Part shown: in pieces, positions 1 to 17,171 of the stretch | Numbering within the stretch: the stretch's first letter is position 1 | How the letters are laid out: each line of letters starts with the position of its first letter | Assembly (NCBI RefSeq): GCF_009914755.1 | Contig: NC_060941.1 | DNA: 64,000 nucleotides | Source: the human T2T-CHM13v2.0 reference genome, Homo sapiens | Reading direction: 5' to 3' (one strand) | The notes under the pieces: generated by a model | What the model was told of the DNA's origin: nothing | Databases searched by the model: none | What the model saw: the letters and a program-made list of their open reading frames with translations, nothing else | Program-made: the position numbers and the translations under genes

Positions 1-406
1 TATTATATAGCAGTATAAAACAGAAAGGAAAGTTTAACTAAAAACACAGTTGAACTCTTCAGTAACTATTATTTCTACTAGACTTTTCTCTTAGTTCTCA
101 TTTTGTGGCTTTTGCCTTAGAACATGATCTGAAATGTAAAAACATTTATTACAAAGTATAACGCCATGGCATTTGTCAGAAACAATATAAATATAATTTT
201 AAACCCTAGTTACATTTTTTTGGGATGAGAAAATAATAGAGTAACACCACTCAAGGAGGATCAATGAGGCAATTAGAAAAAGAATAACATTAATTGAAGA
301 AAGAATAAAAATTGGATGAATTAAGAATATCTTAATGCTTTACCTTAGTGCTTTCTACTCATGATTATTTCTCAAGATCTAAGTAGAATATGTATTTATA
401 AAATAC

Positions 407-1012
<606 letters not shown>

Positions 1013-1086
1013 CTCTTCAGCTTTTAAGTAGAAGAAAACCAAGTCTATAACATTCTGTCTAAGCATGTACTATGTGTTTAGAGTGC

Positions 1087-1359
1087 CAGTCGGCAAACTT
1101 TCTGTAAAGGACCAGATAGTATTTTAGTATTCATATTTTAAGACTTTAAATTTATAAATTCATATTTTGAATGCCAGATCATATTCATACTTTAGGGCTT
1201 TTTGTGTATATGATCTCTGTCGCAGTTACTGAGCTCTGCCTTTGTAGTACAAAAGCAGTTGTGGACAATACATAAATGAACAGGGCTTTGTTTCAATAAA
1301 AATTTATTTATGAAAACAGGCAACAGGCCAGATTTGGCCTGCAGTTTGCCAACTCCTGA
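1087..1359 (+). mobile_element. MER58A-like hAT-Charlie DNA transposon remnant
   Basis: GTCGGCAAACTTTCTGTAAAGG...CAGTTTGCCAACTCCTG terminal inverted repeats. Confidence 0.75.
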
Positions 1360-1465
1360 TCCAGCGAGTAGTTTACACACTGTATGTTATATACTGTATG
1401 TCTGTAAAATGAAACTGCACTGTGCCTTATTGAATATATTCTAATTTTTGCTTTCCCTCTGTTAG

Positions 1466-1574
1466 CATGTTTGGATGTAACCAAGCAGAAAGATCTCAGT
1501 GGATTTTATAGGCACCTATTAAATCAAGCAGTTGGTGAAGAGGAAGTACCTAAATGCAGCTTTCGTGAAGCCAG
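1466..1574 (+). CDS. NSRP1: NSRP1 penultimate coding exon (109 nt)
   Basis: Pyrimidine tract ending TTAG at 1465 and a GTGAGG donor at 1575. Translates ..CLDVTKQKDLSGFYRHLLNQAVGEEEVPKCSFREA(R). The phase joins the 5172 exon in frame (AG|A = Arg). Confidence 0.93.
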
Positions 1575-1942
1575 GTGAGGAGACGTGTATGAAATATTTT
1601 GAAGAAAAATACTGTTAATAATCTGTGGTTGTGGGGTCATTTTAACCCTCTGAAAGATGGAAGATTACAACATTGCATATTGTGTTGTCAGCCAGCCTTA
1701 CCTAACTGAATGAATGGCTAGAAATTTGCAGTTTCTTGATTTTAAAACCTACAGATTTAGTTTAAGATCATTTTTATTCTGCATTTCACAGAAATTGTTA
1801 CATTAAAACAGTGATTGAGTTTAATATTATTGTAAAACCAAAGACAGACTTTTAATGTATAAAGTTTCTGAATTTTTAAGTGATTTATGGGTCTTAACAA
1901 GGGAGAGCAAAATCTTCAAGGGAAAGCAAAATCAAATTGTAG

Positions 1943-2605
<663 letters not shown>

Positions 2606-2844
2606 CTTTTTTTTTTTTTTTTTTTTTTTAAATAAGAATGTGGGTATTCCTCATGATCCTTAAAATGATTGGTGCCTGGTACCTTAAAATGATTTTGCTG
2701 TCAGAATTAAGGAGAAAGTTGGAAAGAATTAGGTGTCTACAATATAAGTCTTATATACATGTTCAGATAGTGTATAAAAAGGAAAGTGGTTTGTTTTCAT
2801 AAATAGAACCCAGCCTTCCTAAAATGTAAGACTTACATATCGGG

Positions 2845-3660
<816 letters not shown>

Positions 3661-4466
3661 GGTCTAGAAGGTAAAGGATTAGAGGATTTTTGAATAAAGT
3701 TATAAGGTATTATAGGAATGGTGAGATGATTATGCCATAATTATGTAGCTGAAGGTAAAAGAGTCTGTCCTAAGCAAAAAAAAAAAAATTTTTTTTAACA
3801 GGAATGTTCTGGGTAGATCTGAGTCTGTGTTGCTAAGGAAGGGAAGAGGTAGGAGAATAGAATTAAGGTGAGGAGAGGAAGTTTATGCCCCACTCCCTCC
3901 CTACGCTGCTAGGCTTTGATTATAAAATTGGTGAGAAGTATGAACCTAAGAAAATGTATTTGAAGATTCAGGTTTTGAATGGAAATTATATTACGTTATA
4001 TCTTTGTATTAGAGTTTCATCTGGAATATTTATTAGGCTGCCATGAAACTCTGTAATGTCGTTGACATAGTTGTACTTCTTAGAGTCTAATAATCGAATT
4101 CCTAACTGTTAGTGGGTCCTTTAGCCAAGATAGTTCTGCCAGTAATTCCTGGAGAACCAAAGTTGTTGCACCATTAGTGTGATTAGTAAGTGATTAGTAA
4201 GAATCACTGAGTGGTTCTTATTTACATTATACTCATACTATAAAGTTAACTGTACTTGCCAGCTGGAACAATGAAGGTAATATAATTTTAGTATTGTTGA
4301 TTCTAATGGACAAATTAATATATTTCCATTTTGTTGTGATAGGTGCCAAGGAGTGAATCAGGATACACTCATGAGAGAGAGTAAATATTTAGGATTATAT
4401 TTGCCACTATTTTGCTGTGCAAAGATTATCTTCATGTATTTCTAGGACTATTTTTATAATTTTTTA

Positions 4467-4766
<300 letters not shown>

Positions 4767-5171
4767 AAAGGAAACAACAAATCCAACAGTCACAACTTAA
4801 GCTTCATGTTGTGAAAATAGAACTTAGATTCAGAACATTTATTACTTTTCCCAATTATTCTTTGTCTTAGGCTTACCAAAAAATGAAGACCTGTACAGAC
4901 CCTTGCCTGTAGGTTCTAGTAGTATAGTAGACAAGGGCTAATTTTCTCTTTTCACTTCTACAAATATTGAAAATATTCTGAATGGTATGAATTTGAAAAT
5001 ACTAGTTTGCATAGACATCAGGACCTTTTTGCATTTGGATAATCAGACAGTATATATCACTATAGGTGTATTGATTTGAGTATTGATAAAAATTATATGA
5101 ACCCTTCATTTGCTTATTACAACTGATAATGTGGCATTTTTTTCTGCCCTTTTTTGTTTTTTGTTTCTAAG

Positions 5172-6231
5172 ATCTGGTATAAAGGAAGAAAAATCAAGGG
5201 GCTTCTCCAATGAAGTAAGTTCAAAAAACAGAATACCACAAGAGAAATGCATTCTTCAAACTGATGTGAAAGTAGAGGAAAACCCAGATGCAGACAGTGA
5301 CTTCGATGCTAAGAGCAGTGCGGATGATGAAATAGAAGAAACTAGAGTGAACTGCAGAAGGGAAAAGGTCATAGAGACCCCTGAGAATGACTTCAAGCAC
5401 CACAGGAGTCAAAACCACTCTCGGTCACCTAGTGAAGAAAGAGGGCACAGTACCAGGCACCACACGAAAGGATCACGAACGTCGAGAGGACATGAGAAAA
5501 GGGAAGATCAGCACCAGCAGAAGCAATCCAGAGACCAAGAGAACCATTACACTGACCGTGATTACCGGAAAGAAAGGGATTCTCATAGGCACAGAGAGGC
5601 CAGTCATAGAGATTCCCATTGGAAGAGGCATGAACAGGAAGATAAACCAAGGGCGAGGGACCAAAGAGAAAGAAGTGACAGAGTATGGAAAAGGGAGAAA
5701 GATAGGGAGAAATATTCCCAAAGAGAACAAGAAAGAGATAGACAACAAAATGATCAGAACCGACCCAGTGAGAAAGGAGAGAAGGAAGAGAAAAGCAAAG
5801 CAAAGGAAGAGCATATGAAAGTAAGGAAGGAAAGATATGAAAATAATGATAAATACAGAGATAGAGAAAAACGAGAGGTAGGTGTTCAGTCTTCAGAAAG
5901 AAATCAAGACAGAAAGGAAAGCAGCCCAAATTCTAGGGCAAAGGATAAATTTCTTGACCAAGAAAGATCCAACAAAATGAGAAACATGGCAAAGGACAAA
6001 GAAAGAAACCAAGAGAAACCCTCTAATTCTGAATCATCACTGGGAGCAAAACACAGACTCACAGAGGAAGGGCAAGAGAAGGGTAAAGAACAAGAGAGAC
6101 CACCTGAGGCAGTGAGCAAGTTTGCAAAGCGGAACAATGAAGAAACTGTAATGTCAGCTAGAGACAGGTACTTGGCCAGGCAGATGGCGCGGGTTAATGC
6201 AAAGACCTATATTGAGAAAGAAGATGATTGA
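5172..6231 (+). CDS. NSRP1: NSRP1 (nuclear speckle splicing regulatory protein 1 / CCDC55) last coding exon, R/E/D/K/S-rich charged domain
   Basis: T-rich acceptor ending AG at 5171. Open frame SGIKEEKS...TYIEKEDD* to TGA at 6231. RS/RD/RE dipeptide-rich, as in speckle proteins. The ORF-track start at 5110 is intronic. Confidence 0.95.
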
Positions 6232-7030
6232 TGGCTACCCCAAGAGAAAGATTTAAGGAAGCACAGAAAACTGTAATTCCTGGAACCTGCTGCGTAAAAC
6301 CATAAAGGAGTGTGTTACCAGTAGTTTGGAGGGCATTTTTAAATTTATTTTCAAAATTTTAAGTTAAAAGTCAGTCTTACAGCTTGGATGTTTGGATGTG
6401 GATGTTTGGCTGAATTTATATATAGTGTGTACTCATCAATACCACATTCTTTGTTGTATTCAAGAACCGTTAAGAGTGTGCTAATTCCCTGTAGGTACAT
6501 AATGAGGAAAATTTGCTCCACTACAACCATTAAAAAATAATTTTGGCCAGATACGGTAGCTCGTGCCTGTAATACCAACATTTTGGGAGGCCAAGGCAGA
6601 AGGATATTGAGGCTAGGCATTCAAGACCAGCCTAGGCAGGATAATAAGACCTTGTCTCTATTTAAAAAACAAAAAGCCTAGCATGGTAGTCCATGCCTGT
6701 AGTCCCAGCTGTTCGAGAGGCTGAGGCAAGAAGATCACTTGAGCCTAGGAATTTGATGTTACAGTGAGGTATGATCATGCCACTGCACTCCAACCTGGGC
6801 AACAGAATGAGACCCTGTCTCTAAAAAATTTTTTTTAAATAAATAATTTAACTCTTCTAATAATGTTTTGTTGCAGGAAATGTATTTCAGATAAAATATG
6901 GATTTGAAAAACAGAAAATATACTTTATGTTCTGAAATTTGTATTTAAGTATAAAATGTGAATCATCTTGTCTAAATAGCTTACAGCATAGTTGGCTTAA
7001 ATGAAAATAAAATGATATGCTTATACATTT
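6232..7030 (+). other. NSRP1: NSRP1 3' UTR containing a sense Alu; poly(A) signal AATAAA at 7006-7011
   Basis: Follows the stop codon. AATAAA at 7006 with U-rich downstream sequence. The 3' end is approximate. Confidence 0.75.
6545..6845 (+). mobile_element. Alu (J-like) in the NSRP1 3' UTR
   Basis: Diverged Alu consensus. Confidence 0.88.
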
Positions 7031-8439
7031 TATTTATGCATTTATTTTAAAATAATTTTACTCATGTCACAATTCATCTTTTCGCTTTTAGTAGAAATTA
7101 ATTTGTAATTCTGAAACCTTGACAAGTTAGTAAATTGGTTATATATGTAAATCACTTTTAGTTAAAGGTGAAGCTGTGGAGACATTAGCCTAAATGAAAT
7201 TAGCTAAAGATCTAGGTGGCCTGTTTCTAAACATGTCTTGTTTCACCTACTCTGAAAAAGATAGTGCAGTTTATTACAAGTTCCACTTGTGTATAAAAAT
7301 AAAACTAGTATCTTTCTTCTGAGTCTTTGAAACTCAGGAGAAATAATTATACACTGTAAATATTTTATTTATGGGGAAAGATGAATGCTGTGGAGAAAAT
7401 AGTTCTCTACTAGGTCTTCCCATTAAGAAAATGCTGTTCATATATCTCACAATACTCTACCTAAAGAGCACACTTTCTTATTTTTAGAAGGATAAACTTG
7501 GTTTAATAAGAATGCTGACTAGATGAAATATATTAAGGGTCAGATTTAGAATTTATAAATCATTTTATTGTACCTTTAAAACCAGAAAGGAAAAGTCACA
7601 GGAAAGTTAACGCCCAAATCTCTGACTGATAGATTAAATGTCAGTTACATCCTAATACTCTAAAGTCAATCAGTGACAGTGACAAACCCCCAAAATCACT
7701 GACTTGGTGTACAAAAAGGGAGCAACATAACATCAGTATGGAAAGGTAAAAGGGTGACATCATGGAAGGACCATGAGTGACAGAAAAAATCTTTAACTTT
7801 GGTGGGGAGTATGGTTTCTTTCTTGGGATTGTTTTATAACTAGAGCCATGCATTGGGAAGATTAATTTGATCGTAGTGTGCAAGGTAGTCTAGGAGGAGA
7901 GACTGATGTCAGAGACATCTGATGATAAACTCAGTTTCCCTCTCCCAGAGGGAAAAGCTCAGAGACTTTTACAAAGCCGCTTGGATCCTTAGATAGGAAA
8001 GCTATAAATTACTTTTATTAACCAACTTAATTTGACATAAATCAGGATGAGAGACTGCAAATGAAGAGTTTTCTTCTGTCTCCTCCAAATATACAGAATG
8101 TTGGTTTTGCCTCTCTGGTATTCATTCCCCCTTTTCCTGGTAACAGCAGGATTTGCCTTTGAGAAAACACACCTTTACTACTCTTAGTCCACGGGTTCAA
8201 ATGGGGCAGAATAGCCTACAGTAAGGGTATGTGACTCAAGCTAGGCTGATGCTGGTCATGTTGTCAGAATTTACAGAAAGATGTTTTCTGTTGTCATTGC
8301 TGATTATGGCGATGAGGTAAGTCTGGAGTTTCATGGAGAGTGCCTTGCTGCCTGGCAGAAAAAAAACCCACAACAAGAAAGCCAGACAGAGAGAAGAACA
8401 AAAAACCTGATGATTGCTTTTGCATCTCTGGCTCTAGTG

Positions 8440-8476
<37 letters not shown>

Positions 8477-8614
8477 CATTTAAACCAATACTTTTCCCTT
8501 TTTCTGTTAGGTTAGTTTGAATTGGATTTCTGCTGTCACAACCCAAAAAGTCCTATTTGATACAAGGTTCCATTCATGATAGCTCTGTGCCAAAAGTTAC
8601 CAGAACACTCTTAG

Positions 8615-9200
8615 TAAATTTTTTTGTTGTAGTATAAGGTTTAAATTGCACATGGAGTTTACAGCTTAATGGATTCACACAGTACACCTAGTTTAAAAAG
8701 ACATTACCTGTGCCATAGGAGCTCCCCTTAAACTTCTCTCCCAGCCTACTCTTTCTGATTTTTAGCACCTTAGAGTAGTTTTGCTTGTTTTGTAGATTCT
8801 TTACTACTACATTCTGTTGATGGACATTGGTTATTTCTTTTTGGGGTTATGAATAATAATATCTTCTAGGTAATGTATCTTCTAGGTACATTCTTGCGCT
8901 TGTCATCTAGTACATACATGTATGTTTTGGTTGGGTAATTCTGAGGAATGGAATTGCTGATTCATAGGGTATGCTCATGTTGAGCTTTAGTAGTTAACTA
9001 CCAATTAGTTTTCCAGAATATTTGAACTAAAAGGCACTCCCTCCATCAATGTATGAGAGTTCCAGTTGCCCCACATCTTGCTCACCCTTGGTATTTGTCT
9101 TCTGGCTTTTTGTCTTTTAGCTACTCTGGTAGGTGTTGTGGTATCTCATGGTTTTATTTTGTGGTTCCCTGATGGCTCTCACATCTTTATTAACATTTAA
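8615..9200 (-). mobile_element. Old L1 (L1M) fragment
   Basis: Antisense L1 3' motifs (GGAATTGCTG.., CAATGTATGAGAGTTCCAGTTG..CCACATC, GTGGTATCTCATGGTTTT). Confidence 0.7.
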
Positions 9201-9232
9201 CATTTGGGTATCTTGGCGGGGGTTGGTATTTG

Positions 9233-9980
<748 letters not shown>

Positions 9981-10019
9981 TAATGGTATTTTTAATGAAC
10001 AGATATCTCTAATTTTACA

Positions 10020-10170
10020 AAGTTAATTAAAATTAATAAAATTTAAAATACAGTTCCTCAGTTGCATTAGACATTTCGAATGCTCAACATGTGGCTGGTG
10101 GCTGCCACATAGGACAGTGCAGGTTTATAGAACATTTCTACTGCAGAAAGTTATACTGGACAACATTTTC
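10020..10170 (-). mobile_element. MER3-like fragment
   Basis: CAGTTCCTCAGT...CACATAGGACAGTGCAG...GAACATTTC...GAAAGTT motifs. Confidence 0.65.
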
Positions 10171-10404
10171 TAGAAGCATTATTGCCTACATTTCCCATTT
10201 AGATCTACAGTGCACTTGGAATTAATTTTTGTTTGTGGTGTAAGATAGGGGTTAAGATTTTTCTCCATATGGATATCAAATAGACTCAGCAGCGAGTGAC
10301 TATTTGTTCAGATTAAAACCACAGTGAATACCATTACTCATTCACAAGGATGACAAAATGTTAAGAGACATAATACGAAGTGTTGATGAGGATGCGAAGC
10401 AACG

Positions 10405-11013
<609 letters not shown>

Positions 11014-11200
11014 TAGTAATTTTTGTGTGCTACTAGTAATAGGTGAACTGGCACAACCTTTTTGGGAAAAGTTTGGCTTTACCTAGTAATTGACACTGCA
11101 TGTTTCCTGTAACTCGTGTTCCACAGATGCACCAGGAATATCTATAATACATTTTCAATAAATGACAACCTAAATCTCTATCAGTAGTAAAGAATATATA

Positions 11201-11520
11201 GCTAGGCGTGGTAGCTCACGCCTGTAATCCTAGCACTTTGGGAGGCCAAGGTGGGCAGATTGCCTGAGCTCAGGAGTTCGAGACCAGCCTGGCCAACATG
11301 GCGAAACCCCGTCTCTACTAAAAATACAAGAAATAGAAATTAGCCAGGCATGGTGGTGCGTGCCTGTAATCCCAGCTACTAGGAGGCTGAGGCATGAGAA
11401 TCACTTGAACCCAGGAGGCGGAGGTTGCAGTGAGCTGAGATCACGCCATTGCACTCCAGCCTGGGCGACAGAGCAAGACTGTCAAAATATATATATATAT
11501 ATATTCACACACACACACAT
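11201..11520 (+). mobile_element. Alu with (TA)n(CA)n tail
   Basis: Alu consensus. Confidence 0.9.
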
Positions 11521-11529
11521 AGGCAATAC

Positions 11530-12990
11530 AACAGTTAAATGAATACACTAGAGCTATACCCAACTTGGATGAATTTCAGTCTTGTGAGAAGAAGTAATAT
11601 ATATATATAGGGGAAAAAAGGCAAAACTATATTAAAAATACATGGGTAGGTGGTAAAAGGGGTTATAAATATGGAAAGGAAGAAAATTAGAATGAACTTT
11701 GTAGTGTTGGGTTGGAATTGGAGATATTGGTGTGACCTCATGGTTTTTAAGATAGAGAAATAACTATTAAATGCAAATTATGTATACACTTCTATCCAGT
11801 GAGAGGGCTGAGGATCAGTGACAACTCAGTAGCCATGAGAATACCTAACACCCAGATCGTGGTTTCTAAATATGCTCTTGACTAAAAGGAACCAGGGCTT
11901 CTTGGAGATATAGCTGATTTCAGAGCTGTGGCAGAGAAAGTACAAGCTGGTCCCGAAACATCTCACTCTGGAAAACAAGGAACTGTTCCAAGAATGATGG
12001 GGACATGTCAAAAGCACACAGAAACCAGCTTGAAGGGACTCTCACTGGCTAAATATAGGAAAAATTGAGCATCAAAATTAATAATGGGGGCAGGTGCTGT
12101 GGTTCATGCCTGTAGTCCCAGCACTTTGGGAGGCCAGGGTGGGAGGATTGCTTGAGCACAGGAGAACCGCCTGGGCAACATGGTGACACCCTGTCTCTAC
12201 ACAAAATACGAAAGTTAGCCAGGCATGGTGGTATGTGCCTGTGGTCCCAGATACTCAGGAGGCTGAGGCAGGAGAATCAGTTGAGCCTGGTCGAGGCTGT
12301 AGTGAGCTGTGATCACACCACTGTACTCCAGGCTGGGCGACACAGCGAGACCCTGTCTCAAAAAAATGAATGAATGAATAAATGAATAAAATTGATTATA
12401 ATCCATTGGATAAAACAGGAATCTATTTTTAAAAATAAATGGATTGATGAGGACAGGATATTTGCACAGTGTCAGAATAACTCCATCCCCCAAAATATTA
12501 ATGACAAAAAGAAAAGGAACTTTATAGTGGAAAGCCCGGTAGACACCACCTTAACCAAGTGATTGAAGTTAACATCACCAGTGAGGGGACAAATCAAAAT
12601 CATTCTCCACCTGGTAGGATGCAGGGAAAACAACACAGCACCATTCCAGTGATAGTCCTGCCAGAAATACATAGCTTGGATTTAATCAGCAGGAATTGAT
12701 CTTCAAACAAATCAAATTGAGGGACATTCTACAGAATAACTTGCCTATTAACATCAAAGGCTTCAAGGTTGTGAAAGTCAAGGAAAGACTGGAAAACGGT
12801 TCTAGACTGAAGAAAACAAAAGAGACGTGAAATTAAATGAAAATGATTCTGGACTAGATCCTTTTTCCTAAAGATCATTGAACAGGGTCTAAAGATGAGT
12901 TGACAGTCATGCAGCAGTGTTACTTTCCTAACTATGATGGTTTAATTGTGGTTATGTAGGAGAATGTCTTCATTTGTCAGAGATACATGT
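11530..12990 (+). mobile_element. L1MC/MD-type 3' region, interrupted by an Alu (~12087-12367)
   Basis: ACCCAGATC..GGTTTCTAAAT..AAAAGGAACCAGGGCT..CTTGGAGA and GGTTATGTAGGAGAATGTC motifs of old L1 3' UTRs. Confidence 0.7.
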
Positions 12991-13127
12991 CTCATTTTCA
13001 TTTTTGTAGTTAGAATCTATAAGATATATTCTACTTTTTATTCAAGTCCATTTATTCAGATCTCAGCATTAACTATCCTCTCCACCATTTTACATATTGA
13101 ATTTTTTAGTTTATAAAAACCATGTCA

Positions 13128-13428
13128 CTGGGTGCAGTGGCTTATGCCTGTAATCCCAGTACTTTGGGAGGCCATGGTGGGCAGATTGCTTGAGCCCAGG
13201 AGTATGAGACCAGCCTGAGCAACATGGCAAAACTCGGTCTCTATTAAAGATGCAAAGAATTAGCCAGTCATGGTGGTGCATGCCTGTAGTCCCAGCTACT
13301 CAGCAGGCTGAGGTGGGAGGATCACTTGAGTCCAGGAAGTCAAGGCTACAGTGAGCCAAGATCACGCCACTGCACTCCAGCCTGGGTGACAGGACACTTT
13401 GTCTAAAAAAAAGAAAGAAAAAAAAAAG
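13128..13428 (+). mobile_element. Alu (J-like)
   Basis: Alu consensus. Confidence 0.9.
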
Positions 13429-13974
13429 TGTGTAAAAAAAAATACTGGTAATCATTTTGAGATCTTTAGTTATTACTTAGTGATATGTTCCAAAACTGGA
13501 GCTGAGACTCCAAAGAGATTCCTGTAATTGAAATATTACACTTTAATACTGGAGTTGCCCTCTCTATAAAGCACTGACAACATTAGCATTTATTTTAAAT
13601 AATAGCAATATCCCTGGAAAAGCAGCAGGACCCAGAGTGACCACTAAGCCTTAGTGATAATAAATGGCATCTCATAACTGGATGCAACAGTTATCTCTAA
13701 TGAAGCCTAGGATCAGATTTGTGGCATACCAACAGCACATGTGAAAGTCATTCTGGTGTGACATGTAGCCTCATTTCTGGTCCCATTTTATTTTCTCGCT
13801 CTTGTTTTTCTTTCTTTTTGTCACCCGTCTTTTGCTTATGTTATCCTTTATTTTGGGAATCCCTACCTTAATACCTCTTTAAACAAGTCAATGTAAATCA
13901 GATAATTTGAATCTAGTACAAGGATTAGATTTAGTGTGGTGATGGTAACTGGAGAGTCTTTAACTGTAGGGCAG

Positions 13975-14249
13975 GAGGTCTGTTAGGAACTGGACCACAC
14001 AGCTCATTACCACCTGAACTTCACCTCCTGTCCCATCAGCGGCAGCATTAGATTCTCACAAGAGTGTGAACCCTGTCGTGAATTATGCATGCGAGGGATC
14101 TAGGTTGTGTGCTTCTTATGAGAATCTAATGTCTGATGAACTGAGGTAGGATAGTTTCATCCTGAAATACCCCTCTGCTCCCCACTATCCGTAGAAAAAT
14201 TTTCTTCCATGAAACCGGTCCCGGTGCCAAAAAGGCTGGGGACTGCTGC
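13975..14249 (+). mobile_element. MER1B-like hAT-Charlie element
   Basis: GCATTAGATTCTCA.., GAGAATCTAATG, CCATGAAACCGGTCCCGGTGCCAAAAAGGCTGGGGACTGCTG terminus. Confidence 0.8.
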
Positions 14250-14887
14250 TGTCTCTGGCTGGGGACAGCACACATGTAATGATATATCAGTAACAGGTTC
14301 TTCCCCTATGTTAATTATTCTTCCCTATCACACTTTAAAATGAGATAGAACATCCTTGCAGTTTAGAAAAAAACCCATTCTGCAGTTGAATACTCTTTGG
14401 ATTTCTCAAGCCTCTATGGATGCTAATTTTAAAGCTAAACATGTAAATAACCTTTGGGCTGGAATTAGAAAACCTATAGGCATAAAGCCTGTCCTGGAAC
14501 GTTCCAGGTGTGTGAACTTGGGCAAATCAATCAGCCTCTTTGAGCTTCAGGCTCTTCATCCCAGCCCCATCCTCACCTGGGAAAATACAGCTGTCACCTA
14601 GACTTCTGGTGATCCCATGAAATATATGGGGAAGAACATTATAAACTAAAGCTCTTCACAAATTACAAAGAATTATATTAACTTATTTAACTTTATGGAA
14701 ATTGAATACATCTAATTCAATGTAGTTTTTGTAAGTGCTATGCAGTGATGTTTAGGGAGATGTTTAAATATTTTGACTATAAGGTTAAGATTTTTAACCT
14801 TAAGAGTTTAGAATTTTGTGTTTTTTTAATGATACAACAAATCATGATATTAAGAGTTATTACAGTAACAGTTCACAGCATAAATCA

Positions 14888-14893
14888 TTTATT
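14888..14893 (-). terminator. SLC6A4: Far-distal canonical AATAAA, likely end of a ~4.1-kb extended SLC6A4 3' UTR
   Basis: TTTATT on + within AT-rich non-repeat sequence, with a U/GU-rich stretch downstream on -. Confidence 0.55.
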
Positions 14894-15763
14894 AATATCT
14901 CACAATCTAACTTGAAATATTTATAAACACTGCATAAATGAATACAAGGGCACTGTATGAATTTTAGAAAGGGGACTCTTTTATACAAATAAATTTAGGT
15001 TTAATTCTGCCAGATAAAATTAATTTTAGATATGTCCAACACACAATCAAAAGTATTCTGAAAAGTTGTATATAGATCAAATCATAGTTTAAAGGCCATT
15101 CACAAAATAACTGTAAATTCCCCAATTTTATCTTTTAAAATATGAATTTTTAATATATCATTTTCTTAAGATAAAGTACACCTTTAATTTTAGAGTGTAA
15201 ATAAGAATAATCTTTCAAAATGCCATTTAAAAAATTAGTAAATGCTCATATTTGTTTATGATATTTAAGCAAAAATATGGGACATCCTTCCTCACCAAAT
15301 ATTTTTGTTTGGACTGTCAGTGTTTAAAAATTGCTAGACACAATTCTTATCTACTATAATTGGAGTCTTCAGTTACAGAATTGAAGGACTGATGCCATCT
15401 ATTCTCTCCCCCAAACGACAAAATTCTTCTTAGTTCAGTAGACATTCAAACTTATTCTGACGAGGTCCTTCACCAATGCACACTGTCTCCAAATTAGAGT
15501 TGGCTGGTGAAGAAAGTTTATTTTAGTAGCTTTAAAAAAATACTTGCATTGGTGGTAGAGCAGCTTGGCATAGATTCTGTGAGGTGTTGGTAAGAGAAAT
15601 ACCACCTGACATTCCAACTGAAATATATTGTGAATCATTTTCAACAAAAGAGCTCTTCTGTTGCAAAGGTGACTGTTTTTGAAACACCTAATGTAGAAAC
15701 AATACTGAATTGATTTCAACTATATGAAACAAAAGGACAGACATATTTAAGATTCCATCCTAA

Positions 15764-16743
<980 letters not shown>

Positions 16744-17120
16744 TAGTTTTTATTTTTCTATAAATGCTACATATAGATATAAAAGGTCTTTAAAATATTA
16801 TTTTAAAATCCACCTACCTACTCTTAAATTTTCTTTAAAAAAAAAAAACCCCATCATAGTATTGATAAATAGGGGTCAAATAAATGCATACTATGCGGAA
16901 CAGACAGAGATTTTCGATTTTTTTTTTTTAGTTTAATAAAGTTTGAAAACTTTCAAAGCTCCTGTACAATTCCATTAATACCAGACTTGGCAAAACGCTA
17001 ATTCTGTTTGAAAAGGTGTTTTTTTAAAAGTAGTATATTTGAACAATGTCTAAGTATGTGGGGTGGGGAGAATCCATATCCGAATATCTTCATAAAGCAA
17101 GTTCTTAAAATTTGCAAAGC

Positions 17121-17171
17121 TATTAGGTTAGTGCAAAAGTAATCATGGTTTTTCTTTTGCACCAACTAATA
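17121..17171. mobile_element. MADE1 (Hsmar1-derived MITE), internally deleted
   Basis: TATTAGGTTAGTGCAAAAGTAAT ... CTTTTGCACCAACTAATA inverted termini with TA flanks. Confidence 0.85.

Noticed and set aside
4179-4200. 11-bp tandem duplication GTGATTAGTAA x2
   Set aside because: Ordinary slippage duplication deep in an intron with no functional context.
5110-5171. ORF-track N-terminus of the 373-aa ORF
   Set aside because: Intronic polypyrimidine tract; the real exon starts at 5172.
5221-6137. Hydrophobic antisense ORFs over the NSRP1 last exon
   Set aside because: Shadow of the purine-rich coding strand.
16918-16940. ATTAAA on - followed by an A run
   Set aside because: The genomic A tract would cause oligo-dT mispriming; it cannot be supported as a real poly(A) site.
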